The notes: generated by a model not told the origin, from the letters alone. A DNA stretch of 64,000 nucleotides from Proteiniclasticum sp. (GCF_003514505.1 NZ_DOPX01000028.1:11964-75963); one strand, 5' to 3'. Shown: positions 30,390 to 41,564, counted from the first letter of the stretch. Numbers and translations: made by a program.

Positions 30390-32387
30390 CTACCCTTTCC
30401 TGTTCTTGATCAGTTCTTTCTTCAGTTTGGCAATCTCATCTCTGAGATAAGCAGCTTTCTCAAACTCCAGATCTTTGGATGCTTTATACATTTCTGTCTC
30501 AAACTTCTTGATGGTTTTCTCCAGCTGTTCTTTATTATACTTCACCACATCTTCCAGTGACTCAAATTCCTGCACCTCATCCACAATCTGTGAAATTTCC
30601 AGAACTCCACGGATGTCCTTGATGATGGTAGTTGGCGTGATATGATTCTTCGTATTGTACTCTTCCTGAAGTTTTCTTCTTCGTTCCGTCTCTTTCATGG
30701 CCCGGTCCATGGATTTTGTGATGGTGTCCGCATAAAGAATGACTTTACTCTCACTGTTTCTGGCAGCACGGCCGATGGTCTGAATGAGTGAAGTCTCTGA
30801 ACGCAAGAACCCTTCCTTGTCTGCATCTAGAATCGCTACAAGAGCAACCTCTGGAATATCCAGTCCTTCTCTCAAGAGGTTGATGCCCACAAGCACATCG
30901 ATCTCACCAAGTCTTAGATCCCTGATGATTCTCATACGCTCCATGGTGTCGATATCTGAATGCATATAAGTCACCTTGACCCGCAGCTCCTGGAAATATT
31001 TGGTGAGGTCCTCCGCCATTCTCTTTGTCAGCGTAGTGATGAGGACTCTAAAGCCTTTCTCCACGGTTCTATTGATTTCTCCATAGAGATCATCAATCTG
31101 TCCCTTCACAGGGCGTACAATCACCTCAGGGTCCAGAAGACCTGTGGGTCTTATGATCTGCTCTGCCATGACAGCAGAATGCTCCTTCTCATAAAGTGAA
31201 GGTGTGGCAGAGACAAAAAGCACCTGATTGATTTTTTCTTCAAATTCCTCAAATTTCAGCGGTCTGTTGTCAAAAGCTGATGGCAGGCGGAAACCATATT
31301 CCACCAGATTCTGTTTTCTGGACCTGTCTCCTGCATACATGGCCCTCAGCTGAGGTAGCGTCACATGACTTTCATCGATAAAGATGAGGAAATCCTCTGG
31401 AAAGTAATCCAGAAGGGTCTTCGGTGGTGTATGTGGTGGTCTTCCATCAAGAATTCTGGAATAGTTCTCGATACCAGAGCAGTATCCCATTTCCATCATC
31501 ATTTCGATATCAAAGTTGGTCCTCTGTCTCAGACGCTGGGCTTCCAGAAGCTTATCCTGGCTGTTCAGCTCCCGGACCCTTGCCTCCATCTCTTCCTCAA
31601 TCTCTTTGATGGCTCGTTGAAGATTCTCATAGGAAGTGGCAAAGTGGGAAGCAGGGAAAAATACCGTATGGGAAAGTTCATGGAGGATTTCCCCGGTAAG
31701 AACGTCAAACTCTCTGATTCTGTCTATCTCATCACCAAAAAATTCGATACGGACGCCTCGGCTGGACTCGTTGGCAGGAATCACATCGAGAATATCTCCC
31801 CGAACCCTGAAGGAACCTCTGGCGAAATCAATATCATTTCTTTCATACTGGATCTCAATGAGCTTTCTGATGATATCGTCCCGATCCTTGGTCATACCGG
31901 GTCTCAAGGAGATGGAGAGATTCTTGTACTCATCCGGATTACCCAGGCCATAAATGCAAGACACAGAGGCGACAATGATGACATCTCTTCGTTCAAACAG
32001 AGCCGAAGTCGCAGAGTGCCTCAGTTTATCAATCTCCTCATTGATGGAGGAGTCTTTTTCAATATAGGTGTCCGTCTGAGCCACATAGGCTTCCGGCTGA
32101 TAATAATCATAGTACGAAACAAAATACTCCACGGCGCTGTCTGGAAAGAACTCCCGAAACTCCGAGGTGAGCTGTGCAGCGAGGGTCTTGTTGTGTGCCA
32201 GAACCAAGGTGGGTCTTTGGGTTCTTTCAATGATATTCGCCATGGTGAAGGTCTTACCAGAACCCGTCACCCCTAAAAGTGTCTGTCCTCTGTTTCCACT
32301 TTCAATGGAGTTCACCAGTGTGTTTATGGCTTCCGGCTGATCACCCGTTGGTTTGAATTTTGATGCAATGGTAAAGGTTCCTTCCAA
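30390..32387 (-). CDS. uvrB: Excinuclease ABC subunit B
   Basis: [32 protein letters not shown]-terminal UVR coil. Confidence 0.98.
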   Translation of the reverse strand: MEGTFTIASKFKPTGDQPEAINTLVNSIESGNRGQTLLGVTGSGKTFTMANIIERTQRPTLVLAHNKTLAAQLTSEFREFFPDSAVEYFVSYYDYYQPEAYVAQTDTYIEKDSSINEEIDKLRHSATSALFERRDVIIVASVSCIYGLGNPDEYKNLSISLRPGMTKDRDDIIRKLIEIQYERNDIDFARGSFRVRGDILDVIPANESSRGVRIEFFGDEIDRIREFDVLTGEILHELSHTVFFPASHFATSYENLQRAIKEIEEEMEARVRELNSQDKLLEAQRLRQRTNFDIEMMMEMGYCSGIENYSRILDGRPPHTPPKTLLDYFPEDFLIFIDESHVTLPQLRAMYAGDRSRKQNLVEYGFRLPSAFDNRPLKFEEFEEKINQVLFVSATPSLYEKEHSAVMAEQIIRPTGLLDPEVIVRPVKGQIDDLYGEINRTVEKGFRVLITTLTKRMAEDLTKYFQELRVKVTYMHSDIDTMERMRIIRDLRLGEIDVLVGINLLREGLDIPEVALVAILDADKEGFLRSETSLIQTIGRAARNSESKVILYADTITKSMDRAMKETERRRKLQEEYNTKNHITPTTIIKDIRGVLEISQIVDEVQEFESLEDVVKYNKEQLEKTIKKFETEMYKASKDLEFEKAAYLRDEIAKLKKELIKNRKG

Positions 32388-32445
32388 AACATAGTCCCTC
32401 CTTTTTGCTTGTTCCTCATCTATTATACACTTCTCTATTTAAAAA

Positions 32446-32457
32446 GTACATATGTTC
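32446..32457. promoter_or_regulatory. Probable LexA (SOS) box upstream of uvrB
   Basis: Minus strand GAACATATGTAC, one mismatch to the firmicute GAAC-N4-GTTC consensus, near the -35 region of a TATAAT promoter. Confidence 0.6.
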
Positions 32458-32472
32458 ACTTATTCTTAACAG

Positions 32473-33606
32473 CTACAGTTTCCCGTCCTTTTTCATCTGA
32501 AAAAACTCCGCACTGGGAGGAACCACAAGGATTCCGGTGCTGGTGCCCGGAAGGATGGTAAACCGTATACTTTTATGGACACGGTCCGCTGAACGGACTT
32601 CCAGAGAAATGGTCCGCTCATAAGACAAGGTACCCATGAAGGCCAAAAGATTCTTATAGGTTGGATTGAGCTTTCCATCCACCTGATAGATTCTGTCTCC
32701 AGATCTCAGCCCAGCAAGATAGGCTCCGGAATTCTCACGAACCTCTAATACTGTGATCTCTTCCTCACTGGACACAAACTTTGGTGCTCTTCTCTTCTCC
32801 ATATACCGGAAAACCAGAGGCTCCAGATAAAGAAGTGTTGGAACCAAAGCAAGGAGAAGATAGGTCCACTCCATATGGAAACTGATGAGATAGGAGAGAA
32901 GGAGAATCATTGTGCCGAAAAGAATTTTCAGAGCACTCAATACAAACCTTCCTTCTTTTTTTCCGAAAGTCATCACAGTCTCTTTTATGGAGAAAAACTG
33001 AAGCACAGGCAGAAAAAGAAGAGAAGATCCCAGAATACTTCCTCCTGCAGTGACAAAAGCAGCTACAGAGGGAAGCATAAAACTTTTCTCTAAACGGAAT
33101 CCTCCCCGGAGCTCCTCCTTTCTAGAGAAAAGAACAGGCAAAGTGCCTCCCTCATAGGATACGAGAAAAATCAGCCCTTGAACCAACATGGAGATGCCAA
33201 GAAACAAAAAAATCTGGATGAGGTCATGGGAAGAGATGAGTCTTCCCTGGAGAAGATACATGAGAAGAAAAACCGAAAGAGCATGAAACCCGACATTCAC
33301 ATAACCGGAAAATCGGGTGACAGAAAATATACTCAGCATAAAAATGATGGCCACTTCTAAGTAGGTGAAGAAGGCAATCTGAAACATACCAGCCAGAAGG
33401 CTGATGGCAAATCCGCCAACAAGACCATAAAATACCTGATAAAAAGTTAAAACTAGGGGATGGTTTTCACTTTCCCCTAGTACTAATTTTCTCAGTGACG
33501 CTTCCTGGACATTCTTCAAATAGAACATCACAGCTGCGGCGATTAAAATGATCCATTGCGGAGAATGAAGCAGGCTTCTATATCCCTGCAGTATCTCACT
33601 ATACAT
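32473..33606 (-). CDS. Multi-pass membrane protein with C-terminal PDZ domain (MinJ/YvjD-like)
   Basis: Many hydrophobic segments followed by SGAYLAGLRSGDRIYQVDG (PDZ); sits between the S41 protease and uvrB. Confidence 0.75.
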   Translation of the reverse strand: MYSEILQGYRSLLHSPQWIILIAAAVMFYLKNVQEASLRKLVLGESENHPLVLTFYQVFYGLVGGFAISLLAGMFQIAFFTYLEVAIIFMLSIFSVTRFSGYVNVGFHALSVFLLMYLLQGRLISSHDLIQIFLFLGISMLVQGLIFLVSYEGGTLPVLFSRKEELRGGFRLEKSFMLPSVAAFVTAGGSILGSSLLFLPVLQFFSIKETVMTFGKKEGRFVLSALKILFGTMILLLSYLISFHMEWTYLLLALVPTLLYLEPLVFRYMEKRRAPKFVSSEEEITVLEVRENSGAYLAGLRSGDRIYQVDGKLNPTYKNLLAFMGTLSYERTISLEVRSADRVHKSIRFTILPGTSTGILVVPPSAEFFQMKKDGKL

Positions 33607-33623
33607 ACAATGTTCCTCTTTTC

Positions 33624-34841
33624 TTATTGCAAGCCGTCCTGTAAAATCTCCACAGCTTTCTGAAGCTGTGTATCATTATCTATGGTCAGTGGAGCTTCTA
33701 CACCTTCTGGAAGCTGCACTTCCACATCCGGGAGAATTCCCTCCCCATGAATATTGATGCCATTTGGTGAATAGTAGGAAGATACCGTTACTTTCACACC
33801 TTCCTTGTTGCCCACATTAAACACCATCTGAACAATGCCTTTTCCAAAGGATTTCTGGCCAACGATGGTTGCGGCTTTATAATCCTTCAGAGCACCAGCC
33901 ACAACTTCAGAGGCAGAAGCACTGCCTTCATCCAAAAGCACCACCAAAGGCGCACCGATGAAATCTCCACCCTTGGAAAGATATTCCCGTTTCTGCTGGG
34001 CTTTATCCAGGGTATAAAGGACTGTCTTTCCTTTTTCCACAAAGAGAGATGCAGTATCCACAGCCTCATCCAGATATCCACCGGGGTTTCCTCGAAGATC
34101 GAGAATATATCCTTCGGCACCCTGGGCTTTCAGCTCTTCCATGGCTTCACGAACCTGCTTTGCCGTATTGTTTGTAAACTGGAGCATGGTCACATGTCCA
34201 ATATTCCCAGCAACCATCTCAGACTGCACATTCACAAGGGTTATGCTGGCACGGACAATGGTCACATCTTTCTCAACTCCATTTTGTGAAATGGTTAAGG
34301 TGACAGGTTTCCCTTCTTCCCCTTTGATTACAGATACCGCTTTGTCCATTTCCGAACCTTTATATTCCACACCTTCCACTTTCAGAATAAAGTCTCCAGC
34401 ACGGATTCCTGCCTCATAGGCAGGTGACCCTTCAAAAGGTGTGATGACAACAATTTTATCTTCCTTGATTCCTACCATGACACCGATGCCAACGTAGTTG
34501 CCTTGGCCATCATCTTGAAACTCCTGATACTCCTCCTGATTGAAAAACACCGTATAAGGATCTCCCACGGCATCTACCATGCCTTTGATGGCCCCTTCCA
34601 GAAGAGCCTCATCATCAATATCCTGATAATATTGTTGATGCAGCACATCCTTGACCTCAAAGAGCTTATCAAAAGAACTGTCATTTGTTGAGCTTCCGCC
34701 GCCATCGGGAAGTATGACCGGACTGTTCAGGGAGCCATAAATGGATCCGCCGAAAAAGGATCCGATGGCTACCACCAGAAACAGAATCACCAGTATGATT
34801 TTGGGAAAACCTCTTTTTTCTTCCTCGTACACAGCTATCAC
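33624..34841 (-). CDS. S41 family C-terminal processing protease (CtpA/CtpB-like)
   Basis: GDPYT, PDZ region, LDLRGNPGG, SASASE (catalytic Ser), FGKGIVQ. Confidence 0.94.
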   Translation of the reverse strand: MIAVYEEEKRGFPKIILVILFLVVAIGSFFGGSIYGSLNSPVILPDGGGSSTNDSSFDKLFEVKDVLHQQYYQDIDDEALLEGAIKGMVDAVGDPYTVFFNQEEYQEFQDDGQGNYVGIGVMVGIKEDKIVVITPFEGSPAYEAGIRAGDFILKVEGVEYKGSEMDKAVSVIKGEEGKPVTLTISQNGVEKDVTIVRASITLVNVQSEMVAGNIGHVTMLQFTNNTAKQVREAMEELKAQGAEGYILDLRGNPGGYLDEAVDTASLFVEKGKTVLYTLDKAQQKREYLSKGGDFIGAPLVVLLDEGSASASEVVAGALKDYKAATIVGQKSFGKGIVQMVFNVGNKEGVKVTVSSYYSPNGINIHGEGILPDVEVQLPEGVEAPLTIDNDTQLQKAVEILQDGLQ

Positions 34842-34873
34842 TCTCCAAACGTTACATTTACCTAAGAATTCAA

Positions 34874-35758
34874 TTATACATCCAAGAATCTCTTTAGTGC
34901 AATAAAACTACCCAGTGCACCTATGACAAGTCCGGTAAGTCCAAACTGCCAGGAGAAGCTGTTGAGCACTTCACTGGGCTTCACAAGGCCTGCATAAAAA
35001 AGACTCTGTGTGATATCTGCATAGACCAGCTGGTATGCAAAGAAAACCACACCCACAGCAATGATGCCTCCAATGAGTCCCATGATCATCCCTTCTATAA
35101 GGAATGGCCATCTGATAAACCAGTCTGTGGCACCGACAAATTTCATGATACCAATCTCTCTTCGTCTGGAATATACTGTCAGCTTGATGGTATTGGAGAT
35201 CAGGAACAGGGATACCAGCACAAGGATGATGAAAATCACAACACCCATGGTTCGGATGATCTTCGCTAGTCCGATGATTCTTTCCACCGTCTCTCTCTCA
35301 TTACCCACATCTTCCACGCCTCTTACCCCAGAAAGGGCTTCTTCTACACGCATGGCCGCCTCAGGTTCTTCCAAGCTCACTACAAAGGAGTTTGGCAGCG
35401 GATTCCGATCTTCGGAAAATCCGGCAAGGATGGCATTGTCTTCGCCAAGCCTTTCCTTAAACTTGTCAAACGCTTCCTCTTTGGACTCATAGGTAATCTC
35501 TTTGACCCCTTCAACACCTTGAAGAATGGTCTCAATATTCGACTGTTCCTGAGTGGTGATCTCATCAATAAGATAGGCTTTGATTTCCACTTTGGACTCC
35601 ACAGACTCCACACCCATATTGATGGTCTGGGCCACAATCAGAAAGACACCAAAAATGAACAGCGTTGCTGCAACTGTAATGATACTTGCGAAGGTGATGG
35701 TCTTATTTCTTTTAAGACTCTTCAGCGCATCTATGATAAACATCTTAAACTTCTGCAT
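34874..35758 (-). CDS. ftsX: Cell division permease-like protein FtsX
   Basis: NPLP, ISNTIKLTVYSRRREIGIMKFVGAT, PFLIEG. Confidence 0.95.
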   Translation of the reverse strand: MQKFKMFIIDALKSLKRNKTITFASIITVAATLFIFGVFLIVAQTINMGVESVESKVEIKAYLIDEITTQEQSNIETILQGVEGVKEITYESKEEAFDKFKERLGEDNAILAGFSEDRNPLPNSFVVSLEEPEAAMRVEEALSGVRGVEDVGNERETVERIIGLAKIIRTMGVVIFIILVLVSLFLISNTIKLTVYSRRREIGIMKFVGATDWFIRWPFLIEGMIMGLIGGIIAVGVVFFAYQLVYADITQSLFYAGLVKPSEVLNSFSWQFGLTGLVIGALGSFIALKRFLDV

Positions 35759-36437
35759 TGAACTCGTACCTGCCCTTCTTTTCGTCTCGAACGATTCTAC
35801 CCTTTTCCAAGGCGATTACTCTTCTCTTGCTGGAGTCTACAATATCTTTGGCATGGGTTGCCATAAGTACTGTTGTTCCTGCCTTGTTGATATCCATGAT
35901 GAGTCTCATGATATCCTTGGCTGTTTCAGGGTCCAGATTTCCCGTTGGCTCATCCGCAATGAGTACAGTGGGATTATTTGCGATGGCTCTTGCAAGGGAT
36001 ACTCTCTGCTGCTCTCCACCGGACAGTTCATTGGGAAAACTCTTGGATCTGTCGGAAAGTCCCACCAGAGCCAGTACCATAGGTACACGTCTTCTGATTT
36101 CTTTGGGGGTAGCATCGATGACTCTCATGGCGAAAGCCACATTTTCATATACATTCAGTGTAGGAATCAGGCGGTAATCCTGAAACACCATACCGATTTT
36201 TCTTCTATAGTACGGAATATCCTTCTTTGTGACATTTCTGAGGCTCTTGGTTCCTACCACAACCTCTCCCATGGTCGGTTCAATCTCTTTCAAAAGCATT
36301 TTGATAAAAGTGGATTTACCCGCGCCGCTGGCACCCACGAGAAAAACAAACTCGCCGGGCTCAATCTTTATACTTATGTCATTTAATGCTACTACATGAT
36401 TGTCATATTTTTTGGTTACATTCTTAAATTCAATCAT
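35745..36437 (-). CDS. ftsE: Cell division ATP-binding protein FtsE
   Basis: GASGAGKST, VFQDYRL, LSGGEQQRV, ADEPTGNLD; overlaps ftsX start. Confidence 0.96.
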   Translation of the reverse strand: MIEFKNVTKKYDNHVVALNDISIKIEPGEFVFLVGASGAGKSTFIKMLLKEIEPTMGEVVVGTKSLRNVTKKDIPYYRRKIGMVFQDYRLIPTLNVYENVAFAMRVIDATPKEIRRRVPMVLALVGLSDRSKSFPNELSGGEQQRVSLARAIANNPTVLIADEPTGNLDPETAKDIMRLIMDINKAGTTVLMATHAKDIVDSSKRRVIALEKGRIVRDEKKGRYEFNAEV

Positions 36438-36617
36438 TTTACATCTCCCAAAGTTTCTTTTTTTGCATAATGAAGCTTCCCCTTCACTATGCTGTCCATC
36501 AGCACATCTGACTTCAGCTGGTGCTGAAGTGATTCACGTCTTCACGATTATACATTATGTCATAACCATGTGAAGATTTTATGAAGAAGCATAGGTGCAT
36601 GCTATCACTTGAGCCTC

Positions 36618-37481
36618 TTAGAGTTTGATATCAATAAAGCCCTCACCGAGCACTTCGTGGACTTCATTGACGGAGATGAAGGCCCTTGGATCAATTTCCT
36701 TGATGAAACCTCTTAGTCTAATATATTCTCTTCTGCTTAAAATTACATAAAGCACCTGAATATCCTCTGAAGTATAGCCACCATATCCATTGAGCACTGT
36801 GCAGGACTTATCCAGCTCTTCAATGATGAACTTGATGATCTCCTGTTCTTTCTTACTGATGATCATCAGCTCCTTAGAGGTGTTGAATCCAAGGATCAAT
36901 CGGTCAATGAGGGTCCCGTTGATGACAACAGCTAGAAGCGCATAAAGTCCCGCCGTAATGCCAAAGGTGGCAATACTTGCTAGACCTATGACAAAGTCCA
37001 CCACAAGAAGCGCTTTTCCAATGTCCATGTGGATGTACTTATGAAGAATCTTTGCCAGAATATCTGTGCCTCCAGTGGACGCACCATAGTTGAACACCAT
37101 GGCCATTCCAATGCCGATGACAAAAGTTCCTACAGCCGCATTGATAAACAGGTCTTCCGAAAGGACTCCAGGAGTAAAAAATGTTTCCATCACCCACATG
37201 ATCACAGACAGCCCAAAAGAAGCATAGAGTGTTTTAGCCCCGAACCCACCGCCCACGGTGACAAAAGCCACTGCAAACAAAATCACATTCAGTACTAAAA
37301 TGATGGCTCCCACAGGAATCATACTAAGAAAGCTGTTGATGATGATGGCAAGACCCGAGACTCCTCCGGCTGCAATGTTGTTTGGAATATGGAAATACTC
37401 CAGGCCAAAAGCCACCAGAAAAATACCAATGGTGATCATGATAAAGTCTTTTACGCTAAAATCCTTGAATATTCTTTTCAT
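36618..37481 (-). CDS. YitT family membrane protein
   Basis: GGVSG, STGGTDILA, IDPRAFI...VLGEGF. Confidence 0.9.
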   Translation of the reverse strand: MKRIFKDFSVKDFIMITIGIFLVAFGLEYFHIPNNIAAGGVSGLAIIINSFLSMIPVGAIILVLNVILFAVAFVTVGGGFGAKTLYASFGLSVIMWVMETFFTPGVLSEDLFINAAVGTFVIGIGMAMVFNYGASTGGTDILAKILHKYIHMDIGKALLVVDFVIGLASIATFGITAGLYALLAVVINGTLIDRLILGFNTSKELMIISKKEQEIIKFIIEELDKSCTVLNGYGGYTSEDIQVLYVILSRREYIRLRGFIKEIDPRAFISVNEVHEVLGEGFIDIKL

Positions 37482-38350
37482 CCCATAACCCCCTTCTTAT
37501 CAGGTTTTCTCTTTGGCAGTGAAAATCCCTGCCCCAGTACCTCTGTCGTGCTTGTGACGGTGACAAAGGCATCTGGATAAAACTCCCTGAGAAATGTTTT
37601 TAGACTAACAAACTCTTTGGTGGAAAGTACCGTATAAATCACATAGTTTCCTTCTCCCGAGTAGGCACCCTCTCCGGTGAAGATGGTGGCGCCTCTTTCC
37701 AGAACATCCACCACATAGGACTTCACTTCTTCCTTGTTTCTGGTGATGATAAAGACCTGTTTCTTCTCATTGAATCCGCCAACGACTCTGTCGATGACCA
37801 CCCCATTAAGGAAAGTAGCAAGACCTGCGTAGAGTCCCCGCTCAATTCCAAAGAATGCTGCCACGAGAACCACCACCATAAGATCGATGATGGTCATGGA
37901 GACGCCCATGGAAAGATTGGTATATTTGTTCAGTATTTTCGCAATGATATCCGTCCCACCCGTGGAAGCATCCTGATTGAAAACCATGCCCAGTCCTGTA
38001 CCCAGAAGAAGGATGCCCAGGAGGGTTGCAAGCATGAGATCCCCTGTGACCTTTTCCGGTCTGATTACATTTTCAATGATCCACATGATGCCCGACAGGG
38101 AAAAACTGGCGTAGAGGGTTTTAAAACCGAATCCTCCCCCCAGCAGTTTAAACGCAAGAAGAAAAAGAATGCCATTGAGCACAATGACATAAGTCGATAC
38201 CGATACGCCAGGGAAAATGGAGTTCAGTATCAGACCGATACCAGACACCCCTCCTGGAGCGATTTGGTTCGGAACAAAAAAGAGCTGGATGGCCACTGCC
38301 ACGAGAAGAGCTCCAATGGTTATAAGAATATATTCTTTAGATTTTTTCAT
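37478..38350 (-). CDS. YitT family membrane protein (second paralogue)
   Basis: GGVSG, STGGTDIIA, PDAFV...VLGQGF. Confidence 0.9.
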   Translation of the reverse strand: MKKSKEYILITIGALLVAVAIQLFFVPNQIAPGGVSGIGLILNSIFPGVSVSTYVIVLNGILFLLAFKLLGGGFGFKTLYASFSLSGIMWIIENVIRPEKVTGDLMLATLLGILLLGTGLGMVFNQDASTGGTDIIAKILNKYTNLSMGVSMTIIDLMVVVLVAAFFGIERGLYAGLATFLNGVVIDRVVGGFNEKKQVFIITRNKEEVKSYVVDVLERGATIFTGEGAYSGEGNYVIYTVLSTKEFVSLKTFLREFYPDAFVTVTSTTEVLGQGFSLPKRKPDKKGVMG

Positions 38351-38358
38351 ACAATCTC

Positions 38359-39525
38359 CTACACATAAACTTTACTTAGAATCTCTTTCCCCTCACTGAG
38401 GTAGACTCTGGGAACTCTTTTTGAAACAGCACAAGTAATCTCATAATTGATGGTACCAAGAATCCTTGCCATATCATCTGCATTAAAGACCACACTGCCT
38501 TCTTCCCCCATGAGTGTTACAGTATCCAGACGCTTCACATCCGGAACTTCTGTCACGTCCACCATGATATGGTCCATGCAGACAGACCCCACCTGGGGGC
38601 AGAGCACGCCATGCACAATGACTTTCGCTTTGCCAGAAAGATTTCTGAAATAACCATCGGCATATCCAATGGGAATGGTTGCAATCTTTGTTTCTTCCCG
38701 CTCTGTTACAAAACGGTGTCCATAACTGATTCCCGTTCCTTTAGGCACCGTCTTCAGCTGCGCAATGGTTCCTTTGAGGCTCATGACCGGTTTCAGAGAT
38801 AGATTTTCTTTTCTTACCTCATGGGAAGGATGATATCCATAAAGAATGATCCCTGGACGTACACTTTCAAGATACGTCTCCTTAAGGTCTACGATTGCCG
38901 CACTGTTGGCCACATGCTCATGCAAAAAATGAACTCCTTGCCCCCGAAGTTCTTCCATGGCTCTATGATACTTCTCAAGCTGTCTGTAAGTAAGACTCTT
39001 ATCCTCTTCATCGGAAGCCGCAAAATGAGTGTAGATGCTGTCCATGAAAAGGCCTTCCAGGCGGCTGATTTTTATGATTTCATCCGTTCCGTCCTTCTCT
39101 GGAGAATAACCAAGACGTCCAATACCTGTATCAAGAGAAATCAACACCTTTGCTTTTTTCCCCTGCTTCAGTGCCTCCTCATGAAGAATCACCGCATCGT
39201 CATAATTTACCATATGAAGGGTCAAATCTTCTTTGATTGCCTCCTCATAAAAAACAGGGGGCGTATAGCTCATCACAATGATGTCTTCCCTGATTCCGCT
39301 TTTCCTGAGAGCTAGAGCTTCTCCTGCGATGGCGACACCAAAAGCATCCGCTCCATTGGCCAGCATGGTTTTTGCCACCTCTGCAGCACCATGTCCATAA
39401 GCATCCGCTTTCACAATGGCGATAAGACGGCTGTTTCCAACTAGTTTTTTTATATTTCTCACATTATATGCCAAATGATCCAGATTAATTTCCGCCCATA
39501 CCGGACGTAGCTTTTCGGTAAACAT
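38359..39525 (-). CDS. alr: Alanine racemase
   Basis: VKADAYGHG (PLP lysine), RPGIILYG, GYADGY, CMD. Likely start MFTEK at 39525. Confidence 0.96.
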   Translation of the reverse strand: MFTEKLRPVWAEINLDHLAYNVRNIKKLVGNSRLIAIVKADAYGHGAAEVAKTMLANGADAFGVAIAGEALALRKSGIREDIIVMSYTPPVFYEEAIKEDLTLHMVNYDDAVILHEEALKQGKKAKVLISLDTGIGRLGYSPEKDGTDEIIKISRLEGLFMDSIYTHFAASDEEDKSLTYRQLEKYHRAMEELRGQGVHFLHEHVANSAAIVDLKETYLESVRPGIILYGYHPSHEVRKENLSLKPVMSLKGTIAQLKTVPKGTGISYGHRFVTEREETKIATIPIGYADGYFRNLSGKAKVIVHGVLCPQVGSVCMDHIMVDVTEVPDVKRLDTVTLMGEEGSVVFNADDMARILGTINYEITCAVSKRVPRVYLSEGKEILSKVYV

Positions 39526-39640
39526 CAAGCTCAGTATCCTCCCTGTGATGTAAGCGGAAGTTCCACTTCCACCTAAAAATAAATCCATCTTCTATCTTAA
39601 CATAGGTCTCAATGATGTTTCATCCATTTCTTCGGATATT

Positions 39641-41185
39641 TTATACACCAGCTTTGGATACCCGTTCTCTGACAATGGTTTTATCCAGTAGCTTTTTCAG
39701 ATACTTGGGTATGTTCTCCACCACTTCGCTGGGTTTCACTGTATATCTCGTTTGCGACAGCTCATCACCGATGGCCCCATGGATATATACCCCAAGGACG
39801 GCTGCATCAAGGGGATGAAGCCCTTGGCCCGCAAAGGAAGCGATGATGCCTGTAAGCGCATCTCCCATTCCTCCCTGTGCCATGGCAGAAGACCCTGTGG
39901 AGTTCACATAGGTCCTTTCCCCATCGGTGACCACGGTATAATATCCCTTCAGCACCACCACAACCCCATGTTTTTTCGCAAAGGATTTTGCAGTTTCCAG
40001 CCTGTTTTTCTCCAGCTCTTCTTTGGAAACACCGGAAAGAATGGACATCTCTCCCGGATGAGGTGTAATGATCACAGGAAAAGACATCTCTTCAAAAAGA
40101 TCACATTTTCCCACCATCGCCCGGAGACCATCAGCGTCCAATACCAGAGTTTTTCGGCTTTCTTTTTCTTCCTGAAGTGTTTTTACAGTCCTTAAGAGCA
40201 TTTTGTACACATCCCGATGCTGTCCAAGACCCGGCCCAAAAGCTACCGCCTGGGCACTGCGCACGCCAGTTTCCAGTTTTTCCAGAGGAAGGCTCATGAC
40301 TTCCGTAAGCCTCGGCACAAGAATCCTTAAGGTTTCATCAAAGGAAGTAAGGACCACTAGACCCGATCCCGAGGCTACTGCAGCATCCACGCTCAGCATG
40401 GCCGCACCTGTAAAACCTTGTGATCCAGCCACTGCAAGGACTCTGCCGTAGGTATTCTTATGACCGGTGATTCTTCTTCTGGGAAGAAGAGCACATGCAG
40501 TGTCCTCTGTAACAAAATATGTGGACTGTGTCATTTCAGCTTTCAACTTCTTCGGTATGCCCACAGATTCCAAAAGAACCTCTCCAAGATATGGCATGGC
40601 CTCATAGGAGAAAAAACCTTTCTTATACGCTTCAAAAGTCACAGTTTTGTTTGCATGAATCGTATAAGGAGAAGGAGTCCCTTGATCTGGAAGAATGCCT
40701 GACGGAACATCCACCGCCATGACTTTCTCCTGATACTCATTGACCATGTCAATGACAAGACCTATAAATGGAGGCATTTCTCCATGAAACCCCGTGCCAT
40801 ACAATGCGTCCACAATAAGATCCGCATCACCAAGCGCCTCCTGAAAACTCCAAAGGTCTTCCTCTTCCCTGAGTATTGTCATAGGGATTTCCATGTTATT
40901 TGCCATCTGATAAAATACAGAAGCATCTCCTTTGATCTCGTCCGCATCATTCAGAAGATAAAGATCCACCTCTTTGCCCATCTGAAACAGTTTAATGGCC
41001 AGTGCAATACCATCGCCACCATTATTTCCACGCCCGCACAGGATCACTGCATAGGATAAAGAAGGATTGATATGACGCAGTAAAGAAGAGGCTGCTGCCT
41101 CCATGAGGAGGATTCCCGGTATCCCATATTCTTTGATGGCTCTCTCATCCATGGACCGTAAGGTTTTGACATCCATAATCTCCAT
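39641..41185 (-). CDS. nnr: Bifunctional NAD(P)HX epimerase/dehydratase
   Basis: GRGNNGGDG, DALYGTG, GPGLG, TPHPGE, GGMGDALTG. Likely start MEIMD at 41185. Confidence 0.93.
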   Translation of the reverse strand: MEIMDVKTLRSMDERAIKEYGIPGILLMEAAASSLLRHINPSLSYAVILCGRGNNGGDGIALAIKLFQMGKEVDLYLLNDADEIKGDASVFYQMANNMEIPMTILREEEDLWSFQEALGDADLIVDALYGTGFHGEMPPFIGLVIDMVNEYQEKVMAVDVPSGILPDQGTPSPYTIHANKTVTFEAYKKGFFSYEAMPYLGEVLLESVGIPKKLKAEMTQSTYFVTEDTACALLPRRRITGHKNTYGRVLAVAGSQGFTGAAMLSVDAAVASGSGLVVLTSFDETLRILVPRLTEVMSLPLEKLETGVRSAQAVAFGPGLGQHRDVYKMLLRTVKTLQEEKESRKTLVLDADGLRAMVGKCDLFEEMSFPVIITPHPGEMSILSGVSKEELEKNRLETAKSFAKKHGVVVVLKGYYTVVTDGERTYVNSTGSSAMAQGGMGDALTGIIASFAGQGLHPLDAAVLGVYIHGAIGDELSQTRYTVKPSEVVENIPKYLKKLLDKTIVRERVSKAGV

Positions 41186-41189
41186 ATGT

Positions 41190-41564
41190 TCAGACCTCCT
41201 CAATAATAACCATGGCAATGGCTCTATCCTTATCATGGGATAAAGAAAGATGTACTGCCATTTTTTTATCTCCATAGACTCTCTTCAAGTGCGGAGATAA
41301 AAGCTCCATATTGAAATACGGTTTACCAAGCTCATCTTTCAGAACCTCCATCTCCACAAAGGAAATGCCTCTGACTCCGGTGCCCAAAGCCTTAGAACAA
41401 GCTTCTTTCGCTGCAAAACATCCCGCTAGACTTGCTTTATTCAGCTCACCGATGCGCTCAATCTCCTTCTTCGTAAAGACACGTTCTTTTTTCTTTCTTG
41501 TGGAGAAGGTCTTCGCTACCCGCTCAATCTCAATAATATCGACACCAGAACCTAGAATCATCAT
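41190..41564 (-). CDS. acpS: Holo-[acyl-carrier-protein] synthase
   Basis: GVDIIE, FAAKEACSKALGTG, LSLSHD. Confidence 0.95.
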   Translation of the reverse strand: MMILGSGVDIIEIERVAKTFSTRKKKERVFTKKEIERIGELNKASLAGCFAAKEACSKALGTGVRGISFVEMEVLKDELGKPYFNMELLSPHLKRVYGDKKMAVHLSLSHDKDRAIAMVIIEEV

